The translations under genes and the position numbers were made by a program. A stretch of DNA of 63,638 nt, the filler included, from Folioceros fuciformis (Eukaryota): the NCBI GenBank assembly GCA_049999805.1. It is 9 parts of 9 records of this genome, joined end to end, with 100 filler letters (N's around TTAATTAATTAA, not from the genome) between each part and the next. Parts side by side here need not be neighbours in the genome. Positions count along the whole stretch, not along the records: positions 35,264 to 44,138 come from JBNGIO010004046.1; positions 44,239 to 56,274 come from JBNGIO010004047.1; 7 more parts are not named here. One strand, 5' to 3'. Below the pieces are notes generated by a model. That model worked only from the letters and a program-made list of their open reading frames with translations. It ran no database searches and had not been told where the DNA came from. Within the stretch, counting starts at the first letter, position 1. Every line of letters begins with the position of its first letter. Positions 39,560-52,433 of the stretch are shown here, piece after piece.

Positions 39560-42500
39560 TATTTAAAGCCCATGTGGCAGCGAGAGTGCTCACTGGGAAG
39601 GAGGAAAGTCGGCTTCGGGAAATTCAATGTGACCTTGCAAAGCTTGAAGAGGATAGGGCCAGGGGATGGTACAAACGGGCTAAAGTGAAATGGGTGCAAA
39701 AAGAAGACTGCCCCTCTAAGTTCTTCTTCGACAAGGTGGCAGTGAATCATCATAAGTCAAGAATTCCCTCTCTCCCCGACGCGCAAGGCATCAGGCAAGA
39801 TTCCCTTAGTGGTTTGAAAAATTCTGATCATCGTCTTTTATGTAGGGATTTTTGCAAGTCTCAGAAAGTTGACAGGTTGGGAGGATCTTTGGAGCTCATC
39901 CTATGGGCAGTTTCCTGCTAAAGTGATAGAGGCGCAACGCAGTGTTCTTGACAAGCCTATCACAGCTGCTGAGGTGGCTCAAGCGCTGAAGGAGATGCCA
40001 AGGAACAAATCTCCAGGGCATGACGGAATTCCCCCCGAATTTCTTCATGGAGGCAATCAACATGATCTGGGAGGAAGGTAGTATGGGCCCATGGTTTAAC
40101 CTGGGCCTCATCTCCCTTTTACCCAAACAGGATGGTAGTCTCTCTATTGCTAATTGGCAACCTATCACCCTACTTACAACAACTTACAAAGTGATTGCTA
40201 AAGTCTTAGCAAACAAGCTCAAGCCCTTTCTGGACGAGTGGTTGGAGGTGGAGCAACATGGTTTCATCCAGAACAGGTGTATTCTAGACAACCTGCTGCT
40301 TTTGCGTGAGGCTAAGTATAACGCTCTGTCTCATCACAAACCGACAGTGTTCATTTCCTTAGATTTCTACAAGGCATAAGTTATGACTCTGTTGAATGGC
40401 ACTTCCTCTGGAGATGTCTGCAAAGCTTTGGGCTTGGTAACAACTTCTGCAGATGGATTGCAATACTTTGTGAGGATGCGGACGGAATGGTCTGTGTCAA
40501 CTGCAACGATGAACGGCAAGGATGCCCGCTGGCCCCATTCCTGTTCATCATTGTCACTGACTTTCTCTTGCGAGCAGTGAAGCATGACTCAAGGATAGAA
40601 GGCATTCAGAATCCCGATGGCTCACAGCTACGTATCTCAGCATTTGCTGATGACACCATGCTATTCTCACCGGCAGATACGACTTCCTTAACAGCCCTAC
40701 TCTCTCAGGTACAGATTTTTGGGCAGCTATCAGGATGCAATGTGAATTGGAGTAAGCTAAGATGATGTGCATCAACATGTAGGGGGAGCCACCCGCATGC
40801 ATCAAGCACATAGTGCGGGTCCAGCCCGGCTCGTCACACAATTACCTGGGCTTGCCTTTCCAGGAAGAGGATGAGAATGCGGAGATTGATAAATATGTTT
40901 GCCTCCAGTTCATCCGGAAAGCAACCAGCTTACGTCTTTTAGATCTTAGTCTGGCATGCAGAATTGTGGTCATAAACCATATTTTGATCGCTTCCCTGTG
41001 GTACTACCTGCTCTTGTGGGCTCCTAGCAAGGTGGATCTAAGGAGATTGCAACAGATTATTTCTAACTTCTTATGGAGCAAGTCTAAGGAGTTGCTCTCT
41101 TCTTCCCATAAGGTGGCGTGATAATTCAGAGCATGCGCTTGGGTGGGCTTGGGTTGGTTGACCCCACGAGCAAAAATGAAGATCCTACATGCGCAATGGG
41201 TTCTGAAGGCAGCTGGCCCAATGGGATACCCTTGGAAAAGTTGGTTAACCCAAACTTACAGCAAACTCAAGCAGTTGCCCAGGGGCAGAGGTCTCTGGAC
41301 AACCTACTGGCAGATAGGCCCTTGTTGGACACCAGGGATTGCTCCCCTCTCTTTGCCTCAATCTAGCGCAGCTTCTTGGAGGTGAAAACCTTCTTTATCT
41401 TAGCCAAGCCTAGGAATAGCTTCTTGGAGGTGAAAACCTTCTTTATCTTAGCCAAGCCTAGGAATAGGGATGATGTGCAGGGCCTTCCTATGAAGGCTTT
41501 AAGGGGCTGTGGTCACAGGACTTCCTTTCCCGGGTGTACTGATCCCGGATCTTTGGTTTTGCTAGTAGAAGAGGCATTGTGCAACCCGGACACTTGTGGA
41601 ACTAAAAAGAGGACGGGTGGAAAACAGCGGAGGAGACGCGAGAAGAGTTTGGGGTTCCTATCCGACATGTGAGACTAATGCTTTCTTGGCTTCAGGAAGG
41701 GATGGCAGAGGAGGTGAAGCAAGTTCTACTACAGAAGGCCCAGGTGGGCATCAATATGTGGGGAGCTTATCCCATGGAAGATAGGTCATGTGGCTCTGAC
41801 CAGGAGGTGGATGTGCCCCTCCCAGACTTTGACAAAGCGGTGCTCGTGTCATCACTGACAAATGATAAAAGGAACCTCTCTTACAGGACGCTGAACACAG
41901 AGGGACTTCTAGAGAAGAGAGGTAGAGAGGAAGGTGCGATCGGTGGAGTAGCCCTGAGAGGGATTACTACGCTCTACAGGGCTAGGCGGGCGGGTCACTG
42001 GCTTACCTAGGAAGAACAAGGCAACAGGAAACAGGCCCTGCAACAAAGTCCAGTAAGATGTTGGTTTCGCTTGAAGGAGAATTGGGAGCTAGTGATGTGT
42101 CCCGACCTTCATACGTGGTTAGGGAGCGCATGAAGTAAGCAGGCAATTGTGAAATCACTCTTCAACTTTCTGTCGGCAGTCATTTACCTCCGATTGGTGC
42201 GCACACAAAAATCTCTTCGGTGAAGTCGGCTAGCTCCTAAGTTGAGGCTTTCCCAGCTTCGGCAAAGGACAACGATCAAACTCTTGTGGTCGACCTTAGG
42301 GATCCCCCCCAAGGTGAGGGTAACCATCTTGTGTTTCTTCCACGCTTGCTTGCCTAATGCAGATTGTTGGGACGGGTTGTTGGTGGCCACGGGGGAGAAA
42401 TGTTGTAGGCTATGCAGCATTGGCGTCCCTCATAAAAGCCAACATATTTTCTTTCAATGCGAGTTTGCGCTAGGTATCTGGAACAAAATTGGTTGGTGGT

Positions 42501-42710
42501 TACAGAGACTTCTCCTAGAGAGAATCATCTTGGTTACCGAGCAAACTGCCTTATTCGGGCTTGATGGGCAGTCGGGAGGGCCACTACTTTAGTACCAATG
42601 GTGGGGAGTGGTATGGTCCTTGTCCCATTTCTCTTTGTGGCAAAACTAGATAGCAATGGTCCATGGCGGGAGCGATCTGGTATCTAGAAAAGCTCTGCTA
42701 TGGGTCTATG
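39560..42710 (+). mobile_element. L1/Tx1-type LINE ORF2 pseudogene (RT and zf-RVT), multiply frameshifted
   Basis: RAKVKW..EDCPSKFFF, KSPGHDGIPPEF, NWQPITLLTTTYKVIAKVLA, LDFYKAYD, RQGCPLAPFLF, AFADDT, YLGLP, GGLGL and CRLC..HIFFQC. Confidence 0.93.
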
Positions 42711-43444
42711 TTTAAAGAACAGGAAACTATCTATCTACATCCCATGGATTGAAAAACGACATAGTCAAATATGTTCATAATTATAATATACTATCCACTT
42801 CCACTACTCTCAACATCACCTTTAAACAAAAACATGAATCTCTTGATTGGCCTCGGAATCGACAACAACATCTACGTCTTTAAGTCGCTGGCCGTCTATG
42901 TCTCCGAAGTTGTCCCCCTCGACATGTAGAACAGAGAAATGTGGGTTGTCTACAGCCTGAGGCGGAATTGTTCCATCCTCATCCCATATAGTCATAGCAT
43001 AAAGGTCTTCCGCTGGTCTGTCATNNNNNNNNNNNNNNNNNNNNNNNNNNNNNNNNNNNNNNNNNNNNNNNNNNNNNNNNNNNNNNNNNNNNNNNNNNNN
43101 NNNNNNNNNNNNNNNNNNNNNNNNGGTCCTTATGGTCGCGGAAAGCATTCGAACTTCCGCTCACACTAAGTTCGGATGGAAAGAGTGGAAATTAGCTGGT
43201 TCTCCGGCACAATGGCTAGTGGGACCACTCCTGTACGTGGGGCAGGTAAGCCACATAAGGACCGGGTAGCTCCCGCCTGCAGGATGGTTCAGTTTTGCTT
43301 GCTTCTGCAGCTTAGAATTAGCTTGCATGCTAACTCCTCATTTAGTTGCATACGCAATTGCTGTGCCTTTGTTGTAGCCTAAATTGCGATTAATCAAATT
43401 TTTTTCTTCACGAAAAAATAAAAGAAAATTCAAGCTCCCTACTA

Positions 43445-44138
43445 TCCCAACCACCACATACATATTTGGAGTGAGCATCCGCTCACCAAGTAGGTCAAAG
43501 TTGGTGGTCTTCCTCCAATTGCACTTCGTCTCTGTTAGTGTTCCTCTGCTAAAAAACTAAGGTTACTATTTCCACATGGCCTATGCTTCACAATTCATGG
43601 CCCAAGGACTACTTATTTGCAAAAGGAGAAGAAAACCAAATGCTAAGGAGTGGTGCTAACATAAGCCAAGGACACTTGTAGTATAAAAGGCCTTGCCTCG
43701 GCAATACCTAAACACTTCATCACTCAAAACACACACCTACACAAAAAAATCATTCAAACCAACAATCCAGGGAGGGTTATTGCACATGTGGTCTTCCACA
43801 GGGGGTGAGTGCACTAGCACTGCTCTCCAAGCCTTCTGCAGATCCAAAGGTATTCTACGGCAACTCATTGTCCCTTACACCCCCTCTCAAAATCCTTTTG
43901 CCGAACGCCTTAACCGCTCCTTGCTAGCCGCTTTTTCAGAGGCCTTATTCGCTAGGCCTCCAACAAGCGCTTCGCTAGCCGCTTTTTCATAGGCCCCATT
44001 CGCTAGGCCCCCAACAAGCGCTTCGCTAGCCACTTTTTCGTAGGCCCCATTCGCTAGGCCTCCAACAAGCGCTGTGCTAACCCCCGTTCGCCCCCCATTC
44101 TTGGCTTTTTCGTAAGCCCCATTCGCTAATCCTCCAAT
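43445..44138 (+). mobile_element. Deleted copy of the 27-28 kb repeat fused to a Copia integrase fragment and ~50-bp tandem repeats
   Basis: GGECTSTALQAFCRSKGILRQLIVPYTPSQNPFAERLNRSL (43801-43925) is a Copia integrase core. Repeats of ccattcgctaggcctccaacaagcgct follow. Confidence 0.7.
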
Positions 44139-44238
44139 NNNNNNNNNNNNNNNNNNNNNNNNNNNNNNNNNNNNNNNNNNNNTTAATTAATTAANNNNNN
44201 NNNNNNNNNNNNNNNNNNNNNNNNNNNNNNNNNNNNNN
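44139..44238. other. Artificial scaffold linker
   Basis: N44-TTAATTAATTAA-N44. Confidence 0.97.
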
Positions 44239-44506
44239 CCTAGAGAGAGGGGGCGTGTCCCCTTTGGTACGTGAGTTTGAGGGCCAAAACCAAATCGAAC
44301 AATTGACAGATGCATGTGAAAGAACTTGTGTGGAGGCCACTTGAAAGACGTTTCCTCGAATCAAAAAAAACCTGCCACCACCCTAACTAAATCTCTCGCC
44401 CATTCTCTGCCTTTCCTGCTCGGGGTTTAGGGTTTTGCATGCCTTCTACCTCTGTACGCACACACCGAACCACTATGAAAGGACAAGTGCTTCCCCCATC
44501 AGCCTA

Positions 44507-45285
44507 TGGCATGCCAAAGCGGACACTCTCTCACTATACATTTTTTAATGCTTTCCCATGGGGTATCTACCTGAATATTCCCTTTTGATGCCTATATATT
44601 TCGTGTTCGTTTTGGTAACCTGACCAAACCGAACTCCGCACCAAAGGGGACATGGCTCAACGATTTGAACCAGGTTATAGCCCGTTTTGGGCTGGATGCC
44701 GGGCGGCCTTAGGACAGAAAGCCCAAACACCGCCTGTAACCATGGGTGGGGGCGCGCCCTTGCTTGGGCAAGGTTTGCTTGCAAAGTGCAAGCATGTCCT
44801 GTTTGGTTTTGGCTCGCGTACGTGCCAAAGGGGACAAATAAACACTATGTTTGTAAAAAAGTTAGAGAGAGAGGACGCGTCCCCTTAGGCATGCCATATC
44901 CGCCAGGCATCTGCCGCTATATGCTCATGCAAGTTCAGGCGCTCAGCCCCCCTCCTCCCCCCTTCCCTACCATCCAGCCCCATGCCATACCTATGCCCTT
45001 CAAAACGGGAGTATCCTGTATAGATCCAGTTGGGTGTTACTTTATGGTAAACCCTAAAAAGAGAATATTCTGTGAAGATCCAACCCTAGGGAATAGAAAA
45101 CCTCTATGACAAGTTTACAGAGTGTGAACATGAAAACGAAGAGTTGTGGTGTTTTTTGTATGTCCCCTTTGGTGCAGAGTCCGGTTTGGTCAGTCTACCA
45201 AAATGGACAGGAAAAAATATAGGCATCAAAAAGGAATATTCTGGTAGATAATATATAGTGAGAGAGTGTCCGCTTTGGCATGCCA
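44507..45285. mobile_element. Non-autonomous DNA transposon (MITE-like), ~130-145-bp imperfect TIRs, TA flanks
   Basis: TGGCATGCCAAAGCGGACACTCTCTCACTATA at 44507 is the exact reverse complement of the end at 45285. Inner arms 44574-44653 and 45160-45242 also pair. TA lies on both sides. Confidence 0.78.
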
Positions 45286-47479
45286 TACTGCACTGTTGTT
45301 GCCACTATTTTATTTAGCCCACTATTTTAGCCTGCCGACCTACGAATCCCGTCTTAGGGGGATTGCTTTGCAAACAAACCCGGGTGCTTGTAGCAGGCAT
45401 ACATAATCCGTCGGAATGGATCTCCAAGCATGGGCGGGTAGTTCTTGGTCCCGACCATCAGCATCTTATGGAATACCGATACAGACACCACCGTATACTA
45501 TATGGTCTCATTTTTTTAATGTAGTAGGCCTGGCTATTTCGTTAGTGGGTGTCTTTCGGGGCGTCCCGATCCAGCCACCCCAATCTGGCCATCAGAGACA
45601 CATAAGTTTTTTTTTTCCTCTCACCCCTCGCACACAAGAGATCAATGCTTCCTTTACACATCTCCTAAGGGATTCAAGGTTCCATGGCATCACGCGGAGG
45701 GCATCACATTGAAGGCAGCATGCTCTCCGTCTCCTCCTTCACCCGAACCCAAGCCATTCTTTCTTCGGAGAAGGCTCATCGCTAGCCATGTCTTTCTCTT
45801 TCCATGCACCACAATGATGTGATGCAACACCATATGTAGAGGGGCAACGAACCATACGATAGGGGTAATGGGTTTAGACAGTCTTGATTCCAAGCTTTTG
45901 AGGGGTACAATCATTTTCCAAGGGCTTCTCTGGTTTTCTACATCCTATCATCTACAACATAGTGTCCAAGGGGTCTACAAGCCCTCTACTTAGGATATCC
46001 TCAACCTACGCCCACAAGGTTGTGTCCAGCATCGAATCCGTAATGCATACAGCAACGCAAACCACTGCCACACCCTTCAGGACAACCTGCATTTGCAATC
46101 GTCACATTTAGCTTCCACCTCTAACTTACAGCTATACAGTGCAAGTTGCGACACACACTACACCTGCATCTGCAATGACATCTATAATCACAATCACCAC
46201 TTGTACACTACTCTTCCAACCCCTTGCAACAATTCAAGCCCCACTGCACTCTACATGTGCCATTTGCAACATAGTGTGCCATCCACTTTGCAATGACAAT
46301 TCCCATGGTCAGTACAATTCACAGGGACAATCTATAAAAGGTCCGTTTGCAAGTGCGACACAATCTGCAAGGTCTACGTACAAGAGCATCGCATCTTGCC
46401 ACCGCCATCTACAAGTTCCACTCTACGTGCAAGGGTTTAGGGTGCTTTCAACCTTGAATGCTACTACCTCGCCATCCTCAAAGATCTCCTACACCTCTTG
46501 CCTCCCTGTTTAACTAGGAACACCAGGTGCCAAGCAATCTCGTTCCTCCACTGAGCAAGTGCAGACCAATACCCGTACGCGCTCACTGAGGTGTAGGGTG
46601 AAGTGTGAAAGAATGGCGGTGCATGCAAAAACATTGTGATTCGTCCGATTCATGCAAAAACATTGTGAATGGTGAAGAAAGAAAGTAGAAACCCCAAGAA
46701 GATTCTTTTAGTTTCTTAATTGGTCCACTATGGAATTCTGATACGGTCACACTAGCTTTCATACAAAGTTTTGTGCGGCAGTATACGGTCCAAACTTTTG
46801 GACGTAACACATCTACCCCCTTCGGTCGTAGAGCACTATCTAGGCGTCCCGATCAAAACAAACCTTAGGGTGTCATAATATTTTCTCCCTCACACGTCTG
46901 AATTAGTCTCTCACTCACAGTCATTCACTTTCTTTTTTGTTAGGGATTAGGGTTTGTGGGTCAGCATCCATCCTCCAAATATGAGGTTCACAGCGAACCT
47001 CGCCATTCAGCATTCAACATTCTGTCTTGTGTGCACACATCTCTCTCGCCTCCATCCACACTCCTAATAAGCCTCAGGTTCATTTCTGGGTATTCGCCAC
47101 TCCACTCCACAACCTGCTTAAGGGGACATCCCTTCCGTGCCTTCCTTGCTATGCAATTACGTGGATGTGAGGAGGACATGGTGGAGAAACAAACGTAAGG
47201 AGGTATGCACAACCTTAGTGGGGAATGAAATGTCCACCTTTATTTCACAGCCCATGAGGGCAAGTCAAAGCTACATAGGGTCTCACCTCATAGCACACAC
47301 GCCCCTAAGGCACTTGACAGATCCCCCCTCCCCCCATTACTACAGAGAGAGATTTGACCTGGAGGCTCCTCATGCATCCAAGCATGTAGGCAGGCATCCA
47401 AGGGCTCCATTTTGCTTTTGCACTCTCTACACAAATGTGGTAAAGGCCAAGCGCAAGCGGTACCTATCAGTCAAATAGT

Positions 47480-48340
47480 TCATACCCTCTATGCCTTTCA
47501 CATGGGCGTTGTCGCGGGTGACTTGCAATGCTTGCATAAAGCACAAAAGGGGGTGTGGGTAATAATTACCACCACTTGCAATCAGCACAACGCACAACAA
47601 GCTACTACAGTGTGGAGGGTAGGGTTGCTTGCAAGGTGCAACACTATAAGGCAATTGCAGATTGCATGCCCAAACCCCACTGCAATATGCTGCTTGGCCA
47701 AGGCCATCCACAGCAATTTTTGTACAAGGGATGTATGCTGGATTTGCAAGCAATCAACGAGCTAGACACAACAAATCCATGGCATGTTCACTCACTACAT
47801 GCGACATTCATGCCAACCATGAAGAAGGAGCTGGCCACCTTCATTTGCGTGTGAAATTTGCATAAGGTGAGGAAAATGGTTTTTGCAGATGGGGACATAC
47901 CAAGCCATGTTCCAGCCGAAGCTGTTCGAGAAGCGTAGCGACTTGCTGGGGTGGTCATGCAGCCGCCATATGGAATAGACAATGACAACGATGGTGACTA
48001 CATGATTCCAGGGCCACAGTTTGCACAGAACAATGCACCTGAAGAGGCAGCCTTGCAGGAGGTTGCATTGTTGATAGGGTAAGGCAATTGCAATATGTGT
48101 GGATCTCTATTTCAATTGCATGTTCTTATGTACGAGTTGCCTTTGTAGGAGCTAGAAAACACAAGAGATCAGGCATATCGTATTGGTCTGAAGAGTATGG
48201 AGAATCTGCCAGATGCATATTGACTGCATCGGGCCTTGACATCAGTGTGCCTGTATTGTAGGCGAAGGGGTGTGCGCCTTGAAGTCCAAGTGTGGACATG
48301 GATCGAGGAGGAGTGCAATCTTTGGACATGGAGGGCTATC
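47480..48340 (+). mobile_element. Degenerate integrase-core (IS3EU-like) transposase relic, copy 2
   Basis: YKGCMLDLQAINELDTTNPWHVHSLHATFMPTMKKELATFICV*NLHKVRKMV and downstream YMIPGPQFAQNNA are collinear with copy 1. Confidence 0.5.
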
Positions 48341-48654
48341 AAGCTTTTCCGTGGCTTGTTTATCGAAAGAGAGTAGAGTGGTAAGAGATCAGCAGTAGAA
48401 CTTTTTCCTTGGCCCGTTTGTGGAAGGAGAGTAGAGGGGTACGAAGGTAGTAGTAGACCCAATGTGGATCTTGCACAATGCTTAAGTGATAAGTAGATAG
48501 TGGACGTTGCACAATGGGTAAGTGACAAATAAATATAGAGCAAATGGAACATAGTAAAAATATGGTTGACGATGAGAACCCTAAAAACCCTTAAACCTGA
48601 GGAAGTTTTTTGCAAACTATGAGGTGTCAGCTAGAGGAGGCTGGACAGATTGGT

Positions 48655-49110
48655 GGATTCGCTGCATTGAAGGTTATGGCCGATTCGCTGCACTGAAAGT
48701 TATGGCCGATTTGCTGCACTGAAAGTTATGGCCGATTTGCTGCACTGAAAGTTATGGCCGATTCGCTGCACTGAAAGTTATGGCCGATTCGCTGCACTGA
48801 AGGTTATGGCCGATTCGCAGAACCTCCTTGACAAATGGGTGGATTAGCAGCACTGATGGTTATGTACGATTCGCAGCACCTCCTGGACAAAAAGGTGGAT
48901 TAGCAGCACTGATGGTCATGGCCGATTCACAGCACCTCCTTGACAAATGGGTGGATTAGCAGCACTGATGGTTATGGACGATTCGCAGCACCTCCTAGAC
49001 AGAAAGGTGGATTAGCAGCACTGATGGTCATGGCCGATTCGCAGCACCTCCTGGATAGAAAGGTGGATTAGCAGCACTGATGGTTATGGCCGATTTGCAG
49101 CACCTCCTGA
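48655..49110. repeat. Compound minisatellite: 26-bp unit x~6 then ~56-bp unit x~5
   Basis: CCGATTCGCTGCACTGAAAGTTATGG units, then longer units that keep the same core. Confidence 0.9.
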
Positions 49111-50169
49111 TGGGCAATCCTATGTAGGCAGATGGGCAATGTAATGTAGGCAGAGAACCATTACCAGCGGACTCTGCATCCGGTGAGATTGTCTAGCAGA
49201 GTTACGGGTTGGTAGGCGAGGCTGGGCTATGATCGGTGTGGAGGATCTTCTAGGGGTTGTGTTACGGGGGCCGCTGGGAGCCGGAGTGGGTGAGAGGGCG
49301 GGATGTTTGAAAAAATTGGCCGAGGGGGAGGGACCCGGTGCGCATTGAGGCCGCAGGGATGCCTAGCTAGCGATGCCCCGCATATCCGAGAGCTGTTGAG
49401 ATCCTTGCAGCAGGCGCCTTGCAGCATGGAGCCTGCAGGAAGACTGGGGCTGGAGGGGCGCCTCGCATCCTAGAGCCTGTAGGAAGACTGGGGCTGGAGG
49501 GGTGCCTTGCAGCGTGAGCCTGCAGCAAGACTGGGGCTGGAGGGGCGCCTCGTAGCCTAGAGCATGTCCGAAGACTCGGGCTGGANNNNNNNNNNCCTAG
49601 AGCATGTCCGAAGACTCGGGCTGGAGGGGCAGCTGGAGGAGCCCCTCCAGCCCTTGTGTTCTTGTAGGCTCGCAGGCCTGAAGCCTTAAGCCTACAGGAA
49701 CACGCCTCCAGCCCTTTTGTTCGTGTAGGCTCCAGGCTGCGAGCCCCTCCAGCCAGAGTATTCCTGCAGGCTTAAGGTTGCAGGCCTGCGAGCCTACACA
49801 ACAGAAGGGCAGGCCTCCAGCCCTTGTGCTGCTTGATGCCCCGCAGGCAGTTGCCAACGCGTGTGCCTTGAGCCTACACGGGGGCTGAAGGGGCTGAAGG
49901 GGCTGAAGGCGGGGTGAGGGTGAGGCACCAACCCTGCAGCCCAAGCCTGCTTACAATTCTGCAAGCAGGTGGAAATAACGGGAACCATAAATGGCGTTCG
50001 GAGTTCACTTGAACCTCCCGTGTGTGTGAACACCCTAGGGTATGGCACGCCGCGTGAGGCCGTAAATTCGGGAGGTGCAGAGCCGTGAAGCAGGACCGAT
50101 AACATGACCAGCAAGTGAGCTGAGTGCAATGACTAAAGAAGAAATGAGCTAAGTGCTGTCGAGTGCTTT

Positions 50170-50540
50170 GCAGAGCCCCGTGTTGGCAACAAGATTCTTG
50201 TATGAGTCATCATAATGGTCGAAGCTGGTGCCCGAATCCTCGCCAATGTACAGGACGGGAGTAATGCCGTCTCCAGCTGTAGGAGATAGGGCCTGCAGCT
50301 CCATGGTGAAGGACAAGTCCAAGTTCGGGTTTACGGTAGACTGGACCAGGATGCTGCGGGCATGTCCGATGGTATGGGCTCAGGAGAGCGCAACTATGTC
50401 GTTCTGGCTCAGCCCCATGCTGGAGAAGCTGTCGGTGAGCTGCTACTGGGCTGGACAGGTAACTGGTCTCCGACGCTAGCACCACTCCACGGTCCCTTCT
50501 CTCCGCCGCAACGCTGTACCACGGTCCTCGGGTTTGCAGC
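50170..50540 (-). pseudogene. Class III peroxidase pseudogene fragment (last exon)
   Basis: GPWYSVAAERRD, QLTDSFSSMGLSQNDIVALS*AHTIGHAR and EDSGTSFD..YKNLVA, with stops and frameshifts; paralog of 54155-55270. Confidence 0.8.
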
Positions 50541-52275
50541 TGCACCTACCCAATCAGTCGTTCAGGATCCGTACTGTTCCGTGCAACATTGCACTATCCA
50601 TCAGCCATTCATGGCTTGGACGCATGAATGCAATCGTCCAATAGGTACGGATGAACTCGTGGAAGCACAGCACTGCACCAGGTGGCATCGAGTCTGTGGT
50701 TTGCGTGCACTTCGCATGTTGTTCGCAATCTCATCCTGCACATGGTCCTAGAGTTGCTTAGGCTCGTAAGGCAATGCTCTGGTTCAGTGATTTTCTTAAG
50801 ACTCTGCGTGTCTCCCGAATGTTTTTGTCCCTATGAGTGTCGCCCAATGGATGCAATGTTCAACGGTTCGTGTGCTTGCAGTGGCCCTGTACTTTTGCCA
50901 ATCTTTCCAATCACAGTGCGCACTACTGCCAGCCAATGACTTATCATGCCCAGTCTCTTTCTCGGTGCAGTTTACAATGTGGCTTGTCCTTCCCAGTCTT
51001 TCCTGCAGCTGCCCCACTGACAATAGCATGTTGTTGTGTTATGGCCTTTTGGCCAATGAAAGGATCTCTGCCGTTTGCAGTCCTGTAGTTCAGAAAGCTG
51101 GAATTCTCCTCTCCCTGTAGAGTAATACGACAAAGCCATGGTAATGCGCCCAGCCAGCTTCTGTATGTGTATTTCTCTACTAGCTTGGCCGCCTCCTCCC
51201 TTGGGCCTGGTCAGCTGTGGTGGCTCATCCACATTGAGCTATTCTGGAAACAGATAGTGACCAGTGTTGCAGGGCCTGCAGTGTTAAGTGAAATGGCTGC
51301 TGATCATAATGCTGGAAGTACAGGGCTGGATGGTTGGAAGTTTTGCGACGAGTCAGATTCGTAGAAGGCCATCGGGTCTTCCCGTCTATGCTGTCTTGAC
51401 AAGTCGAGAGCAGGAGAACAAGAAGACACCCTACAGACGGGTCCTAAACTGGAATGTCGGTCTTTTGAGTTCAAAAGCAACAACAGCAGGTTGTGCTTTG
51501 GAAGTAATCCGAACCTGTGACAGCTTGGATTTCTGCTGATTGGGTGTTGGATCTTGACCTGCCTCAATAGGAAGGAGGCACAAGCCATCACTAAAATGTT
51601 AGGACTGTGCACCTAGAGCAGATCCTGGTGGGGTGCCAAGGTGTTAATAAATCTCAGAAGTCTCAAGTAACACAATTTCTCACATGACTTGACAAAGCAC
51701 AGACAGGTTAGTATCTTGCATTCAGAAGCTCTCAGTGGGAGTAATGGGAAATTTCTCAGGTCTCGGATGTCGTGACAGGCAGCAGATAAGCATTCGGCAC
51801 TCTAGAGGTGCTGCTCATTTCACAGGTCTGGACTGACATGTTCCATGTCCTGACGAGCTTGAGTGAGAAACTTGATTGAACCCACCTGGATTCACGATGT
51901 GTTACGGAGGCCAGGAGTTGCTGCACAGGATGGGAAGTCACGATGGTCAGACACACTGATCAATCCTAGTTTGTGAGCATATAGGGACATGACATATCAA
52001 CGCCAGTAACGGTACGACAACAAACAGCATCGAAGCCGGCCAGCCAGTACTCAGAAACTAGCAAATTTTAAATAGATTCTGTTCTTGGAGCCATGCTGCT
52101 GTAGTGGCCCTGTTCTCCTTCCCATTCGTCTTTCTTACAGCTCGAGTGATCAATTCTCTATGCCTGTCCTTCAGAGTGCCAGGAAGTATTTTCGCTGAGA
52201 TCCTTTCAATCTCATTCTTCTGATCCGCAGGCAGCCGGGTACACAAGGAAATTGTGGGATGAAAGTGTAAAACGA

Positions 52276-52433
52276 ATGCAATATTTCTAGGCGGACGACG
52301 AGCCTGGACTGGCGGGCGGCCTGCTCCGCCTCCCCTTCCATGATTACTTCGTCCATGCAATATTTCTAGGCGGACGACGAGCCTGGACTGGCGGGCGGCC
52401 TGCTCCGCCTCCCCTTCCATGATTGCTTCGTCC
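52276..52433 (+). pseudogene. Tandemly duplicated (79 bp) peroxidase exon-1 fragment
   Basis: [14 protein letters not shown](Y/C)FV occurs twice and is nearly identical to 54332-54385. Confidence 0.78.
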
